Assembly (NCBI GenBank): GCA_013265495.1
Contig: MU058153.1
Span: 622,001 to 686,000 of the forward strand
Source of the DNA: Vicugna vicugna
Taxonomy: Eukaryota
Direction of reading: 5' to 3'
Length of the DNA: 64,000 nt
The stretch's first letter is position 1. Every line of letters starts with the position of its first letter. The position numbers and the translations under genes are program-made. The notes under the pieces are model-generated. The model saw nothing but the letters and a program-made list of their open reading frames with translations, searched no databases and was not told where the DNA came from. Shown here one piece after another: positions 36,801-49,270 of this stretch.

Positions 36801-38556
36801 AGAGCAGTATTCCGTGCCATTAATATCCATATAGCAACAGCTTGAGCCATTAGACACCATCCTAGTTATTAAATCAAAATTTGTTTTTAGATGGCAATTC
36901 ATATATATATATATGAAAGTTTAAAAAGTGACCTTTTGCCAACTTTGTATTATTATACTGCTCTGTAAAATAGAATTATCAGATAGATAGATTCTGGGTG
37001 ATAGTGAAAATTGCATGAACATTAGGGGAATCACATCTTTTTAGCCCCTGAGCTGATTTCACACGTGCTGTCTTTCCTGTGGCCCTGAGTTACAACATGT
37101 GAGTCTTCCCCATTTTAGTGCATTTCTTCACCTATCTGTTCGGTTATTCTTACAGACATTGACAGATTCAGTCATTTATTTCTTCATGCATTCAGTATGT
37201 ATTGAGTCCCTACTGTGTGTTAGGTATTGTGGTTGTAGCAGTAAGTCCTGCTAAGTGCCCTGTGAGCACAGAGTTGACCATTACCTGGATGGGCAATCTT
37301 ACACTGATTCCCCGTCTCCAGGCTACTCCCCTTTCTGTGTTTCGAAGCATCAGTCCTCTCCACATGCTAGCAGAGAATAATGATCTCATCAGATCCATAA
37401 TAATAAAAAGGCCCACGCCAAGTGTTGTTGCTGTTGCTTTGATTTTTTTTTTGGGGATACAACGTAATCTAAAATGATCCCTTACCACACCTCCTTAGAG
37501 GAATTTTACAGTCTATGGTATTAAGTACAACCTATAATATGGTCTAGCTAATGCCAGACTTTGATCTCAGAAAAGGAAAATTATATTATTAGACTATTTT
37601 TATTGAAAGGATAATACTTGTTCGCAATTCTTAAACCACTGATGTTATTTTGTAGCAATGAAGGTAGTCGCTACTAATTTTTTCTAGTTAATTTTGAGTC
37701 AAAGAATCAATAATAAATGTTGACGTGAAGGAGTTTATTTACTCCCAAGAGTATAGGTTTTACTTGCTTTGAAAAACTGTTTTGAAACTCCACAGTTTTG
37801 ATTAGTACATTTCACTTCTAACACACCTGATATTTGAAACCTTAGGTAGTGATGAGGAATGGAAATCTGCTGAGCTCTTAAGGTGTTATTTCCTGTGTAA
37901 CCAAAAAAGGGGGACTTTTTTTTAACTAGGTAGTTTATTAGGAAGCAGATTAAGGAACGTGATCCTAAGAGACAGTGCAGTATGTTAAGGTAATGCGATG
38001 TGAAAGCAATTGAACAAGAACGAAGCTGATAGAATACCATGCAGAATTTTCCCCAAGGAAAGCCCCTGAATTCTGAGGCTCAGGAGTGCTGAGCTCTGTC
38101 ACTGAGCTCCTCTAAGAACCACAATCCCAGAAAGGCTTTTACCTTCTGTTTCTAGAGCTAAGAGACCTGGTGGGTGGGTACCCAGATGCTGTTACTTATA
38201 AAACATTGTAAGAAAACCTGTATTGTGTATTTTGAACCAAATAGACAACTGAGCAAATTGTTGAATATCTAAAGTAAAAATAATAATAAAAATTTTCTTC
38301 GCTTAATTTGATATCCAGACCTGCCACTGTCTTAGTATACCAAATGTTTTAGCATCCTGGCTTCAAATAGGATATTCCATAGTAATTTAGAAGAGGGAAT
38401 TTTTGTGCCAGTTTATAACTCCAAGAAAGAGAGCCCTCAGTTTTGATCAACTCATCATTCTAGCGAATAGACATGTTCATTATTTAGAATGTATTCAACA
38501 TCACTATGTTTACATATTTTTTTTAAAATACTATGCATCCTCATAGTTTAAAGAAG

Positions 38557-38803
38557 AGATCAGCAAACTTTTTTCCAATAGTACCAGATAATAAATATTT
38601 CAGGTTTTGTGGGTCATAAGGTCTCTGTTGTACTAATCAGCTCTGCAGTTGTACTGTGTAAGCAGCCGCAGAATTACAGAAATAAACGGATTTGTCTGTG
38701 TCCCTAGTCAACTTTTGGATTTTTGGATTTTTGTTTGTTTGTTTTTTAGTAAAGCAGGCCACCAGACATTATTCGGCCTGAATGCCATAATTTGCCAACC
38801 CTG
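38557..38803. mobile_element. MER58A-like DNA transposon
   Basis: 'cagcaaactttt...ccagataataaatatttcaggttttgtgggtcataaggtctctgttg..ctaatcagctctgc...gcagccgcaga...tttgccaaccctg'. Confidence 0.85.
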
Positions 38804-38839
38804 GGTTAAAAGGTCAAACAGCACACTGGACTTGTTATA

Positions 38840-40065
38840 AAAAATAGCAGTCCCCACCCTGTACCATTTCCCACTCACAAGAGTCCATCTCTTTCGCTTC
38901 CTTTAGTATATTTTTTTAGAACTTTTATCCATATTTTTAAATAGCATGCTTAGATTCTAAGATTTTATCTTTAATTTTTAGATATTATTTATTGATTTCT
39001 CCCTGTACAGGACGAAGATTTAATTATATTTTAGAACTCTCCCAACTCTACTCGTAACATGCACACTTGCATTTCTCCAAATGTATTAAAATTATAGTTG
39101 TAGCAGGAACATTATCTGGGTTTGACACTCTTGGTTTGTAAATGCTGTTCATTGATGAAATGTGTTAAATATGGTCGTCACTGCAGAGCTGACTGATTAT
39201 GCTGTTTCTTTGGGGAATCCTGGATGTCAGCTTCTTTGTGATTCTTCTCTTGAGCTCTTCTGAGTTGCTCAGAGAAGACTCGTCTAACCCTTCTCTAGGG
39301 GGCTTATGTTTGGCTACTAGAGTTCTAGGAATAAACCCATAGTCCCATAACCCTCAGTTTGCCTGGCGGATGTCTACTTTATACTATGTTCCAAAGTAAA
39401 TAATTATCAATAGCACCCCCTTTCATTCTTATAACTGGCCTGGTCTGGGTGGTAAATTAAAAGGTCAGCCTACCTGGCAGCCAAATCAGAGAAGAAAGTT
39501 GGGGGATCACAGCAGTTCAGTTTATTCAACTTTAAGCTTCCTTCACGCATCCTATTTTCCAAGCTATTAGCACTCAGTTCACAGAATCCGTTTTCGGTTT
39601 GGTGCCCCACGGTCCGCTGTGTGTGACATCTCCCAGCACAGAGATTCTCTGTTCACGCTGCACAATAATAGAGGCTCAGTCTTCCGCTTGTCAAGACGCA
39701 GAGCAGTTGCCAGACTGTGATGACTTAGGGACGATCTAATAGCTTTTTATACAGACTTTCAACCCATTTTCCTGGTTTTGGTCCCTGCATTAAAACTTGA
39801 AGTACCTGGGCCATCAGGAGTTCTGTAAATCAGTGTTTCCTACTGCCACCTTAGGGTGCAGTCTAGTCATTAGTTACTGCTTGTCTACCTGCTTTCTAGC
39901 TTCCTAACTTTTGTGTTTGTTATCTCTCACTCCTTTTTTTCTTTCTAGTGTATTGCCTTTTAAATAAGAAATATATATCACACTGTCCTTATAGTGCTTA
40001 TAGTGGGTTTGAGGAGGAAGCAGAGGATGAATGCCTGTGCTCTACCCAGCGTCCTTCACGGGAAA
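38840..40065 (-). mobile_element. HAL1-like (half-L1) / old L1 fragment containing a MER94-like insert at ~39335-39472
   Basis: Colinear motifs 'cagagattctctgtt', 'cagtcttc', 'gcagttgcc', 'acagactttcaacc', 'ttagttactgcttgtctacctgctttctagcttcc'; insert 'cagtttgcctgg...aattatcaatagcaccccctttca...ggtcagccta'. Confidence 0.6.
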
Positions 40066-40129
40066 ATCACACAGTTGCAGTCTCTTGTGTTACTGCTTGT
40101 CCCTTGACTTCATGAGTGGAAGATGCTGA

Positions 40130-40345
40130 TCATCATTCCGTCTCCTTATCTTTATTTCCAAAAAGACATTTTCAACCCTCCTCCTTAGATTTCTGCTCAG
40201 TTTCAGATGATCCAGTTCCTTTCAACTTCCTTTACACATTCTGTTTTCCAAGCCATTAACTTTCCTTGTGACTCTTGAGAACTTTTGTGAATTCTCCTTA
40301 GTTTGTAAATTGTAATATCTTGAAAAAGGTAAAGTATTTTGGGGT
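40130..40345 (-). mobile_element. L3/CR1 fragment
   Basis: 'ccagttcctttcaacttcc...gttttccaagccattaactttccttgtgactct...agtttgtaaat' resembles antisense CR1 RT region. Confidence 0.45.
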
Positions 40346-41058
40346 TACATATTTTGGTGGAGGAGTACAATCTAAGAAAGATACAGGGAAATAGTTAATG
40401 GTATATGAATGAGTACTAAGGGAAAGGCATTATTTGCCCCACTTAATAAATGATAAAAATGCTCTCCAGTGAGGCTAAGACAGTTCCCCCAAGTTACATA
40501 ACGATAAACTCGGAAACTTGAGATTTGAGCGCAGGGTTTAGTATTAGAAACCAAAGTCCTGTCTTTTAACTGCATCATTGGATTCACTAGACTGCATATT
40601 AATAAAAGGCAGAAAATGAGACTCAAAAACATAGGCTTTTACTTGAATAACACTTAACCTTTTAAAAAGCATATATATTCTTTATCTCACTTAATTTTTC
40701 AGAAACACCATAAGACAGGGATGTTATTACTTCTTGCAAGAAGAAAAGTGAAGTTTCTTTAGAGGTGGATAAGTGGATAAATCAAGGCTACACAATCTAA
40801 GTTTTAGAAACCAGTCAGAAACCCTGGTTCTTGGACTAGCATCCTGAGAAGATTCTGCTAATCTCACAATAGGCCATACTTCATAAATCAGAAAAAGGCT
40901 ATGTCCAGGGTGGTTTACAATAGAATGGTTTATCTTAAAGAGTCTAAACTCGTCTTGGACATACATGGTTAAGCAATACTTTCCTCTTGTGCATCCCAGA
41001 CTGTCAAGCCAAAGATACAAAATTCAAAATTCAAATACATAAATGAATGAATGGATGA

Positions 41059-41103
41059 ATACATACATACATACGTACATACATACATACATACATACAT
41101 ACA
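41059..41103. repeat. (ATAC)n microsatellite
   Basis: Direct read, about 11 units with one variant, preceded by (ATGA)n. Confidence 0.95.
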
Positions 41104-42890
41104 AGTGTTCCTTAAGGTCAGAGTTCCAGATAGAATTATTTACCAAATGGCACCTAGAGGTAAGAATAAGTTAATCAGACCATGCACATAGTTCCAAAAT
41201 TTGTAGGGAATAGAAACATTATAAGACTAATGTATCTGCTAGATAGTCCACAAGTAAATAACAAAGGTTAAGTTACAAGTGCTGGTATTTTTTTTTTATA
41301 GAGGAAATATAATACAAAGCACTGGAAGGGAGGTTTGGAATTGTTCTTTAAATGGGAAAGGCAATATGAATTTGTGACTAACCAAAGGCCTCTGAGGTAC
41401 TTGTATTTGAGAAACTAGAAGTTCTCAGAGTTTTAAGATTCTTTTTATATAACGTTTTATAAACTCTTACTAACGTCAACACAATCCGTTGTTTGCCACC
41501 GGTCAATCTTGTGCTTACTATCTGTGCTTAGTACATACGGAGATTAGGGAGGCCATATCTTGCTTCTCTGGATGCTTCCTGGTAAGCAAATTACTTTCAG
41601 TGTCATTTTTCTCTGTATAAACGATGAGCTTGCAATCTCTGGGTCATATTGCTTTGTTCACAACCCTCAGCAAAAACAGGAGGTATGTTTCTAGATGATT
41701 CATACTAGAAGAAATGGGGGTATTTTTAATGTAGCCAGCCCCAGTACTGCTCAGTTCTATAAGCCAAAGACAGACTTATCTAGCTAGCATCAGGACATTT
41801 TAATTTCTAGTGGAATATATGACATATTCCATTATGTTGACAGGCAAATGCTAATGTTGCTGTTAATTAGTTAAAATTTGCTTGTTTTATTTAGTCACAG
41901 TGAAGCTAGTTGATTTTTATGTCAATTATATTTTTACTTGATCCAATCCAGCCAACACTTACCAAGCTCCTTCCTTCTAGAAGAACTCCTTATATTGGGA
42001 TGTAAAAATGTTCTTTCCCTCAATGGTTAGATGTTCTAGCAGGTTAGATGTTTAAAAAATAAACTAATTGAAAAGTGAAATAGGGTAAAGTCAAAAGATT
42101 AGCTTAAGTGATATCAGGATATCTTCTTGTTTTCATCATGTCCCTGGATAAAACAAACATTAAAATACCTTCCAGGTATACCAGACCTTGTTTATTGACT
42201 AATTGGCCCAGCCTATCCAAGAAAGAAGATCCAGTGAGAAGAAATAGGGTTGCCAAGTTCTTAACGACCTTGTGAAGACAAATATATCCCAGTGCCTCCT
42301 TCTCTTACAAATGTATCAAGCCTTCTCCAGCCCCATTCCCATAACTAAAATACTAACTACATCCCAAAATATCTCCTGGAAACTATATTGATTTTTCAAG
42401 TGCTTAATTATCCTGCAAATCATTGCCTGAGACAGCAGGGATCTATATACACACGTTAAAGCCACCACCAAAACTCAGACATCCTATTTCAGCATCTGAA
42501 ATCTGCATTTTTATCATTTATTAAGTAGGGCAAATAACGCCTTTTTGGATTTTGACTGTTTTTTATTTGATCTCTCATTCAGCCTTTCTAATCAGAAGCT
42601 TTATTTTAGAGCTCTATGTTTTAACCTAGCCCTTAAGTCTTTTCCCTCTTTTTCTAAATAATAGAAATTTTTAACCAAACCAACCAATCATCAACAAATT
42701 AGTTTACAAACAGGAGGAAAGAAAGGACATCACACACTTACTGCAGGGCAGGTCTTGACTAGCTAATTTCTTATGGGCAGGAGTCAGTAAGGTTTCATGG
42801 AGAACGTGGAATCTGAAATGAGTGCAGAGACGTAGCAAGAGAAAATAATCTGGCATAAGCAAAGGCATGGATGCAGAAGCAGAAAGACAG

Positions 42891-43245
42891 TGGGATGGTG
42901 TTTAGTATTCATGCTCAGTGCAGTCTTTTGGCTTCCCAAATCCATTCTCCACCTTTAGGCTCTTTTACCTTCTGGGATCCTGTTGGATTTTCCTAGTATG
43001 GAGCCCCATTGGCAATAAACAGGAGGAAAAGAGGAAAGCGAGGTAGGGATAAACCAATGCTTAACATCTTAGAATTCTCTTTGTGTTCCACAAACCCCTA
43101 CCAACCTAGTGAAGGTAACGAGTGTTCTGTTATGCTCCTGGGTACTCAGCCATACCTTGTGCTTCTTTATACCCGGCTACACCTTTGTAAACTGTCCCTT
43201 TATTAAACACTCCTCAAAGTTACTTGTACCATCTATTTCCTGGGG
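42891..43245 (+). mobile_element. ERVL LTR33-like solo LTR
   Basis: 'ccaaatccattctccacct', 'cacctttgtaaactgtccctttattaaacactcctcaa..ttac...ccatctatttcctg'. Confidence 0.7.
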
Positions 43246-45753
43246 AAAAGTGATTGAGTCTCAGCCTCATGATGACTCTGCATTCTGGATTTCTCTTTTT
43301 GTTGTTAACTGTCACTCAAACCTTTTAATAGTATATTTATCTTCTTTAAAATTTTTCATATTTCTCTTTTATTTTGTATTTATTTTCCTACTAAATTATT
43401 AGACATTACACACTGTTTTGTCCTTTGACTTTCCTGGGTTTGCTGATTGTTTGAGCTGAGTTGGAAACTCCAGGTGCAATAGGACTGTTTCAGCCACATC
43501 ATCACAAATGCAAGAACGAGCCCTGGACACATCGGGTTGCTGGGTTGTTTGATATTTAATCACGAGTGTTCCTTGCAGATTGGTCACCGCCTCGATTTCA
43601 GTTTGTGAATTCTTTACTACTTTGTTCAGCTTCTGAGTGGAAAGCTTAACTAAGATGCTAATAACCCGTGACAATCTTGAATTTTGGGCATACTGAAGAG
43701 TGATTTGTTCTGAGCATCTCTGGAGTTACGTATATACTCCTCCACTAACTAAGCTGAATGGCTATTAGAAGTCATTCTAGGACTTTAATTTCTCGATATA
43801 TTATATACAGAAGTTTCCTGTTCTGTATAATTTTATGATCCTTAGGCTTAAATTGTGGTGGATTTTCAGGCTGATCTGAACAGACTTTCATTAGTTTCTC
43901 TCAGTGTATAACAACACACACTAGTATGAGAGGTGATTTTTTTAAAATGTTACATTTAATGTTAATGTTTAATGAACCATTTCCCTATTGTATGGGGCTG
44001 AACAAGCATCATTTCTCTGTGTGGGTTTATTTACATGGATAGTTGCTGATTATTTTCTTAATATTCTACTTTGATTTTTACTAATCTCTTCCTGAATCCA
44101 TTTCCCTTTTTTTCTTTCTTTCTCTTTTTTTCTTTTTTGTTAAATTTCTACCTCACTGCAACAGAACAGATGGGGCACTGTGTTACATGCCACTTGATGG
44201 TTGGAGTGATTGACTAAACAATGCAAAGATCATTTAATCTACCCACACTGGTAATAGAATGGAGTAACAGATTGGTTTACTGGTTTGGATTGAGTTTCAT
44301 AGAGTAAAAAGAATAGCGTATTACCCCCCATAGGGTGGGAGCCTGCTGGGTGAGATTTGCTCATTTTCCTGGATTGATTGATTGATTAATTGATTACTCA
44401 GTACACAGTACTTAGTTAGGTTATTGCCCAGGGCAACTGAGCCAGGCAGGAGAGCTGGCACTAATACCATGTTCCCGTGGAAAGCGAGAATGGTTTGGAT
44501 AAAGAAACAAACAGACAGAGCCAGCCTTTTAAAAAGCAAGCTGCATTCTATTAAACTACCATTTGGGATTTAGTTTTTAAGATATATTTATCATGTCCAG
44601 AGCTCTAGACTTTTAAGCTTCTCCTCTGCTTCTTGTTATAAGTGCTACAAAGAGATCACCCTCTTGTTTTTGTTTTTTTCCCGTAAAATCAGCCTTCTAT
44701 TTTGTATCTTCTGTGTTACCGAGCTACCCTGCTTCTTGAAGCAGAGAAACACGTTGTATTGGCTGAAGTCCGGTTGATACTGCGAACTGACTGCCTGGCA
44801 TGCCCAGTCTGGAGAACTGAGGTGCTCCCTCCTGACCCACATACCTAATTATTGGCACACTGAAATTGAACAGAACTGTTGAATCTGTGGTCTGGCCTTC
44901 CCTCCCACCCTACCCATGGATTTCCCAGGGTACCAGGAGGAGTGAGGGAGTACCGACGTGGGGAACATAGCTGCAGTGCCCCTAATATCTCTTTTACAAC
45001 CTCATCTCTGGCTAAAACATTTTGCCTGGCATGTGACATGCTGCCTGTCACAAAAGGATGAATACAGACAAGGATCCAAGAGATTAAAAGGTCAATGGAT
45101 TATCCATTAAGCAATCAAGCCTCAATATGCCTCAATTTGTCTAGGTCATGATTTATTGCCTGGGATAAATGGACCCGGATCTGTTAGTTTTCCCCTGGGG
45201 TCATTCTCTTTCAGATCTCCATTATTGCCATTTCTTTGAGTCCTGATCACTATTGTGTACCTGTTTCCTAGTTGACAGTATTTTAAAATTACTTTTAATT
45301 ACCACCCAGCTCAGATCATTTTAGCTGATAAGAGCACAAGGCTTTCTGAAGGTTGAAGGTGAACAACTTGGACAATTTAATTCAGCAAACAAAGGAAGAA
45401 AATCCATCTATATTGTGTTCCATCCATGCGGCAAGTGTCCAGATAGCCCATTCACTGGGACACTGTTGGCGGGACCCAGGGTGGGATGGGGGTTAGGGAG
45501 CGGGTACGGAGCCAAGTTTGGTTGAACTTTCAGGCAAAGGTACAGTCTTTTAATTTGCATTATCTATTTTGTTTCTAATGGGTTAATTCCTCTATGGCAT
45601 CAAACTCAGAAAAATCGGTGGTTTTCTGCGCATACTAAACACAAAGTAGCTTTACTTCAGTTGTCTTAACATTCTGAAATGTGCCCAGACTCAGATGTCA
45701 TACAACCTTGGTTTTCCAATTGAAGAATCAGCGCTGGGATGCAGTCCGTTGCT

Positions 45754-46222
45754 TGTTATCAGAGAATATAGGTTCTTTTTGGCACAGGAAAGAATTCAAG
45801 AGTGAGCCATAGTAAAGTGAAAACAGATTTATTCAGGGAGATACACACTCAATAGACAGAGAGCAGCCATCTCAGAAGGCAAGAGGGGTGTGGGAGTGGC
45901 TAGTTTTTATGGGCCTGGTGATATGCTAACAAGTGGGAGGATTATTCCAACTGTTTCGGGAAAAAGGCAGGGATTTCCAGGAACTGGGCTCCTCGCCCAC
46001 TTTTTGGCCTTTTATGGTTAGCCTGGGGACTGTCATGGTGCCTGTGGGTGTGTCACTGAGCATGCAGATGTATTACAGTGAGTCTGTAATGAGGCTCAAG
46101 GTCTACTGGAAGTTGAATCTTGCCATCTTGGTCTGAGTTGGTTCTAACCAGTGTATGTCCTGTCCTCAATTGCTGTGTCATTCCTTTAGTGGTTGTGTCC
46201 TGCCCCCTTCCTTCCTGTCTTG
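45754..46222 (-). mobile_element. ERV1 solo LTR, MER41-like
   Basis: 'tgttatcaga...ggaaagaattcaagagtgagccatagtaaagtgaaa..agatttatt...atatgctaacaag.gggaggattattc...gccatcttgg...ccttcctgtct'. Confidence 0.8.
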
Positions 46223-48494
46223 GTATATTTTATTTGGCAGCTTTAGATGATGAAAACGTCATCAATAAACAATAGTCTGGTAAAGCAAAGCCAGAATGGT
46301 AAAAGTCAATTCTAGGGAAAGAGGCCATGCCATTTACAAAGAGTGTAGCATTTTGAAAAAAAATTTTATGCCATGGAACATGTGGCTTTTTTAATGTTTT
46401 CTATAGCAGATTTAGTAGCTGTTTTTCCAAACAGCCCCACACCAGAATTCTTACACATCGTTTCTTAGAAGATGGTCTTAGAAGAAAGAGAATATTTTTT
46501 AAAAAACGATGAATTATATATTCTGTTAACTATCCACCATGCATACTCCTAAGTATCAGTTTCTTGGTTCATCCAAGTAGACACCAAGTTTTTAGTTACA
46601 GAGATGTATGAAGGGAAATATTATGGTTCTCATGGGTAACCTGCTAAGAGCACAACTCATAAGCTATGATTTGTGTCATTTGAACAATCCTCACCCTTGG
46701 GTATGTTGCAGAGGATTTTTTTTTTTTTAGATGAATGATCTGTCTTATTCAGATTTGGCAGTTGCATTTATATTTTCCCGGATTTTAAATGTGATTTAAG
46801 CTACATAGTGTTTCAAGACTATGAAAACATTTTCCCCTCCAGAAAGTCAAACTCAGGTCTGACCAATGTATGTAAACCAGTGATTCCTAACTTCGAAAAA
46901 TGAGGGAGTTGGGGGTAATTGTGGATTTATTGTAAAGGGATTCTTCATTTTATGTGCAAACCAGGCATTATGTATCACCTAAATAAGTAATAACTTTCCT
47001 ATGCATTTCATTTTATTTCTTTTTCAAATGCATTAAGATGTCCTCAAAATGCATAAAATATTACTATAAAGCATTAATAAATTTATAGTACTTTCCCTCA
47101 TGATATATTTTTGCAATAAATGGACACTAGTGAATATCCTATGATGTTGCAGATTTGTTTGTTTTTTGAATACGATGGAAACTGTGTGGTCCTTATAGGA
47201 ACTAAACTGACACTTAAAAACGCAGCTGCTAACATGAGTTGAGGCTTGCCAACATGATCATTTCTATAAACTTCCCATAGAAGGGGTTTGGGAAAATTAA
47301 AATGACCTTATGGCTAGTTCACTAAGCAGTGCTTTTTCTGGGATGGTAGATCCTTATTTTCAAACTGCCTGCTAACATTGTTCTTTTCCGTCTTGTGGGA
47401 TACAAAGTGGTATATTTTTTCCAAAACTTGAACAAATATATACCAACTTTTGTCTCACAGTGATCTCATGAGATAATAGAATCTTAGAATCACGAGGTAT
47501 TAGGGATGAAGGAGATCTTAGCAATACTGAGGCTTAATTCTTTCATTTTACTGATTTGTATCTGTGATGTTTGGCCAGGGACATGACAAGGTTCGGTCAG
47601 TGCTGTATACCTATTTCATAGTGGAGCTGGGACCAAAACCAGCCTTCTTTACTCCTCGGTCAAGACATCAATGCTATTATCACATCAGTTCATGGAAGAT
47701 GAAATGCAGGTTAGCATAAACATTCTTAGGCAAACATGTGCTAACTTTCCAACACTGCCAGACTCACAACTTGGGTAAACTTGAACTCCTAAAAAATGTT
47801 ATTCAAAAATGCATGTTTAAATACTTACTTAACACAGGATGTCAGGATCTATTTGGAGGAGCTTTGCTTAATGAAAACTGAAATTTTAGTAAGAAAGACA
47901 ATTGAAAGAAGTGGAAAGGAACTGGCTAACCCATCCAAGGCTGGCAATTGAACTATCATAACACATACTGTACAAGACAGCTACTATCTACTATTTTAAG
48001 AATGCAATTGACTTTTCTGTATTTCTTACTGATCTTTTTCCGTTTACTTCCTAAGCCCTTCCCCCTTAATTAGCATAAAATGTCCAAATTCATCATCACC
48101 TTGAAACTCTGTGGAACTGATCTTTTCAGGAAGACAGCTTTTCTTGATTTCTGTGATCCCTTTTCTCGGTTTTAATGATCACAGATCTGGATTTCACTTC
48201 CTGAGGAATTAGAAAACTGCAAGTGGGGACAGTGAAAATCCTCAGATCTGGTTCACTGGAGCCTTGAAAGCCAGTCTCCTGTAGGGACTATTACACTGAC
48301 CAACTTTACAAGACAAGATCCTATTGAGAAATAGGCATGTGGGAGATAGGCTTGGCTGTTTTGCCCAAAAGAACATTTTGATGAGTTCAGAGTGTATTAA
48401 ATGAGGCAACTTTTGTTGCTTTTTAGATTTTAATTATAGAAATAATATCATGTTACAAAAATGAAGACAGTAGAAAAATACCACTCATAATTCT

Positions 48495-49270
48495 TGACCA
48501 CAAAGGCATACTGTTCCCCTTCATTTAACAAAATTTTAAACTGGTTTCCTCTTGGCTATAGGCCCCTGCCTCCCTTTTCTTACAGCATTTACTTTAGAAA
48601 ACTTGCAATTATAAATTCCTTCTCTGCCCCTTTAGGGATGTAAATCTTCTCCCAGCCTCTTGCCAGTTTTACAACCCAGAAATGTCTTTCCAAGGACCTG
48701 GAGCCAGCCGTTTGAAATGTCACCATCAAGAAAGACAAGACTGTAATCTCCCAGTTTCTATGGAAGGGTAGGGGCTTAACTTCAATAAGTGAAATTAGCA
48801 AACTTACTTCCCCCAGTCACACAACCTCCCCATTGATAAGGATAAGGATAATAATAAGAACTATAATGTAAAGTTTAAAATTTGATGTAGCAGATAATTT
48901 TACAACTTGATTATCACAGACAAAGAGAAGGGAGAGAAGCTGAAGTAGTGACTGCCTTCAGGTTCGGCAGCAAAGGAACTGAAATGAACCAGGCACACTG
49001 ATTGGAACTGTACTAATATCTTTTAAATTAAAAACAAGCAAATGAACAAAGCTTCCAGCCTCCCTACTAATGTCCTCCTGAGCTTTTCCACTAGCTCATT
49101 CCTATGTTTAAACACTGTTGGCTTTGGTTCCAATGGAGTTGAGTTCAATTTGTGCCCACCCCACCCCCACCAGCCTCAGCCATTACAACACTATCTCTCC
49201 TCTGTTGCAGTAGTTTTGAATAAAATCTTCTCCACCTGTTTAACTAATCCTCTGCAATTTTTCTCTGATA
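48495..49270 (+). mobile_element. ERV1 solo LTR, MER67-like, with internal insertions, splitting an antisense L1ME-like fragment
   Basis: 'ctataggcccctg..tcccttttctt..agcatttactttagaaaacttgcaatt..aaattc...ccagcctcttgccagttttacaacccag...aattagcaaac' and 3' part 'cttttccactagctca...ggagttgagttcaat...tgaataaaatcttc...tgcaatttttctctgata'; near-TSD ttct/tcct. Confidence 0.82.

Noticed and set aside
39540..39740. Second CpG-rich patch
   Set aside because: Stays colinear with a HAL1-like repeat consensus, so it is explained as native repeat sequence.
45933..46136. 67-aa ORF
   Set aside because: Lies entirely within the MER41-like LTR.
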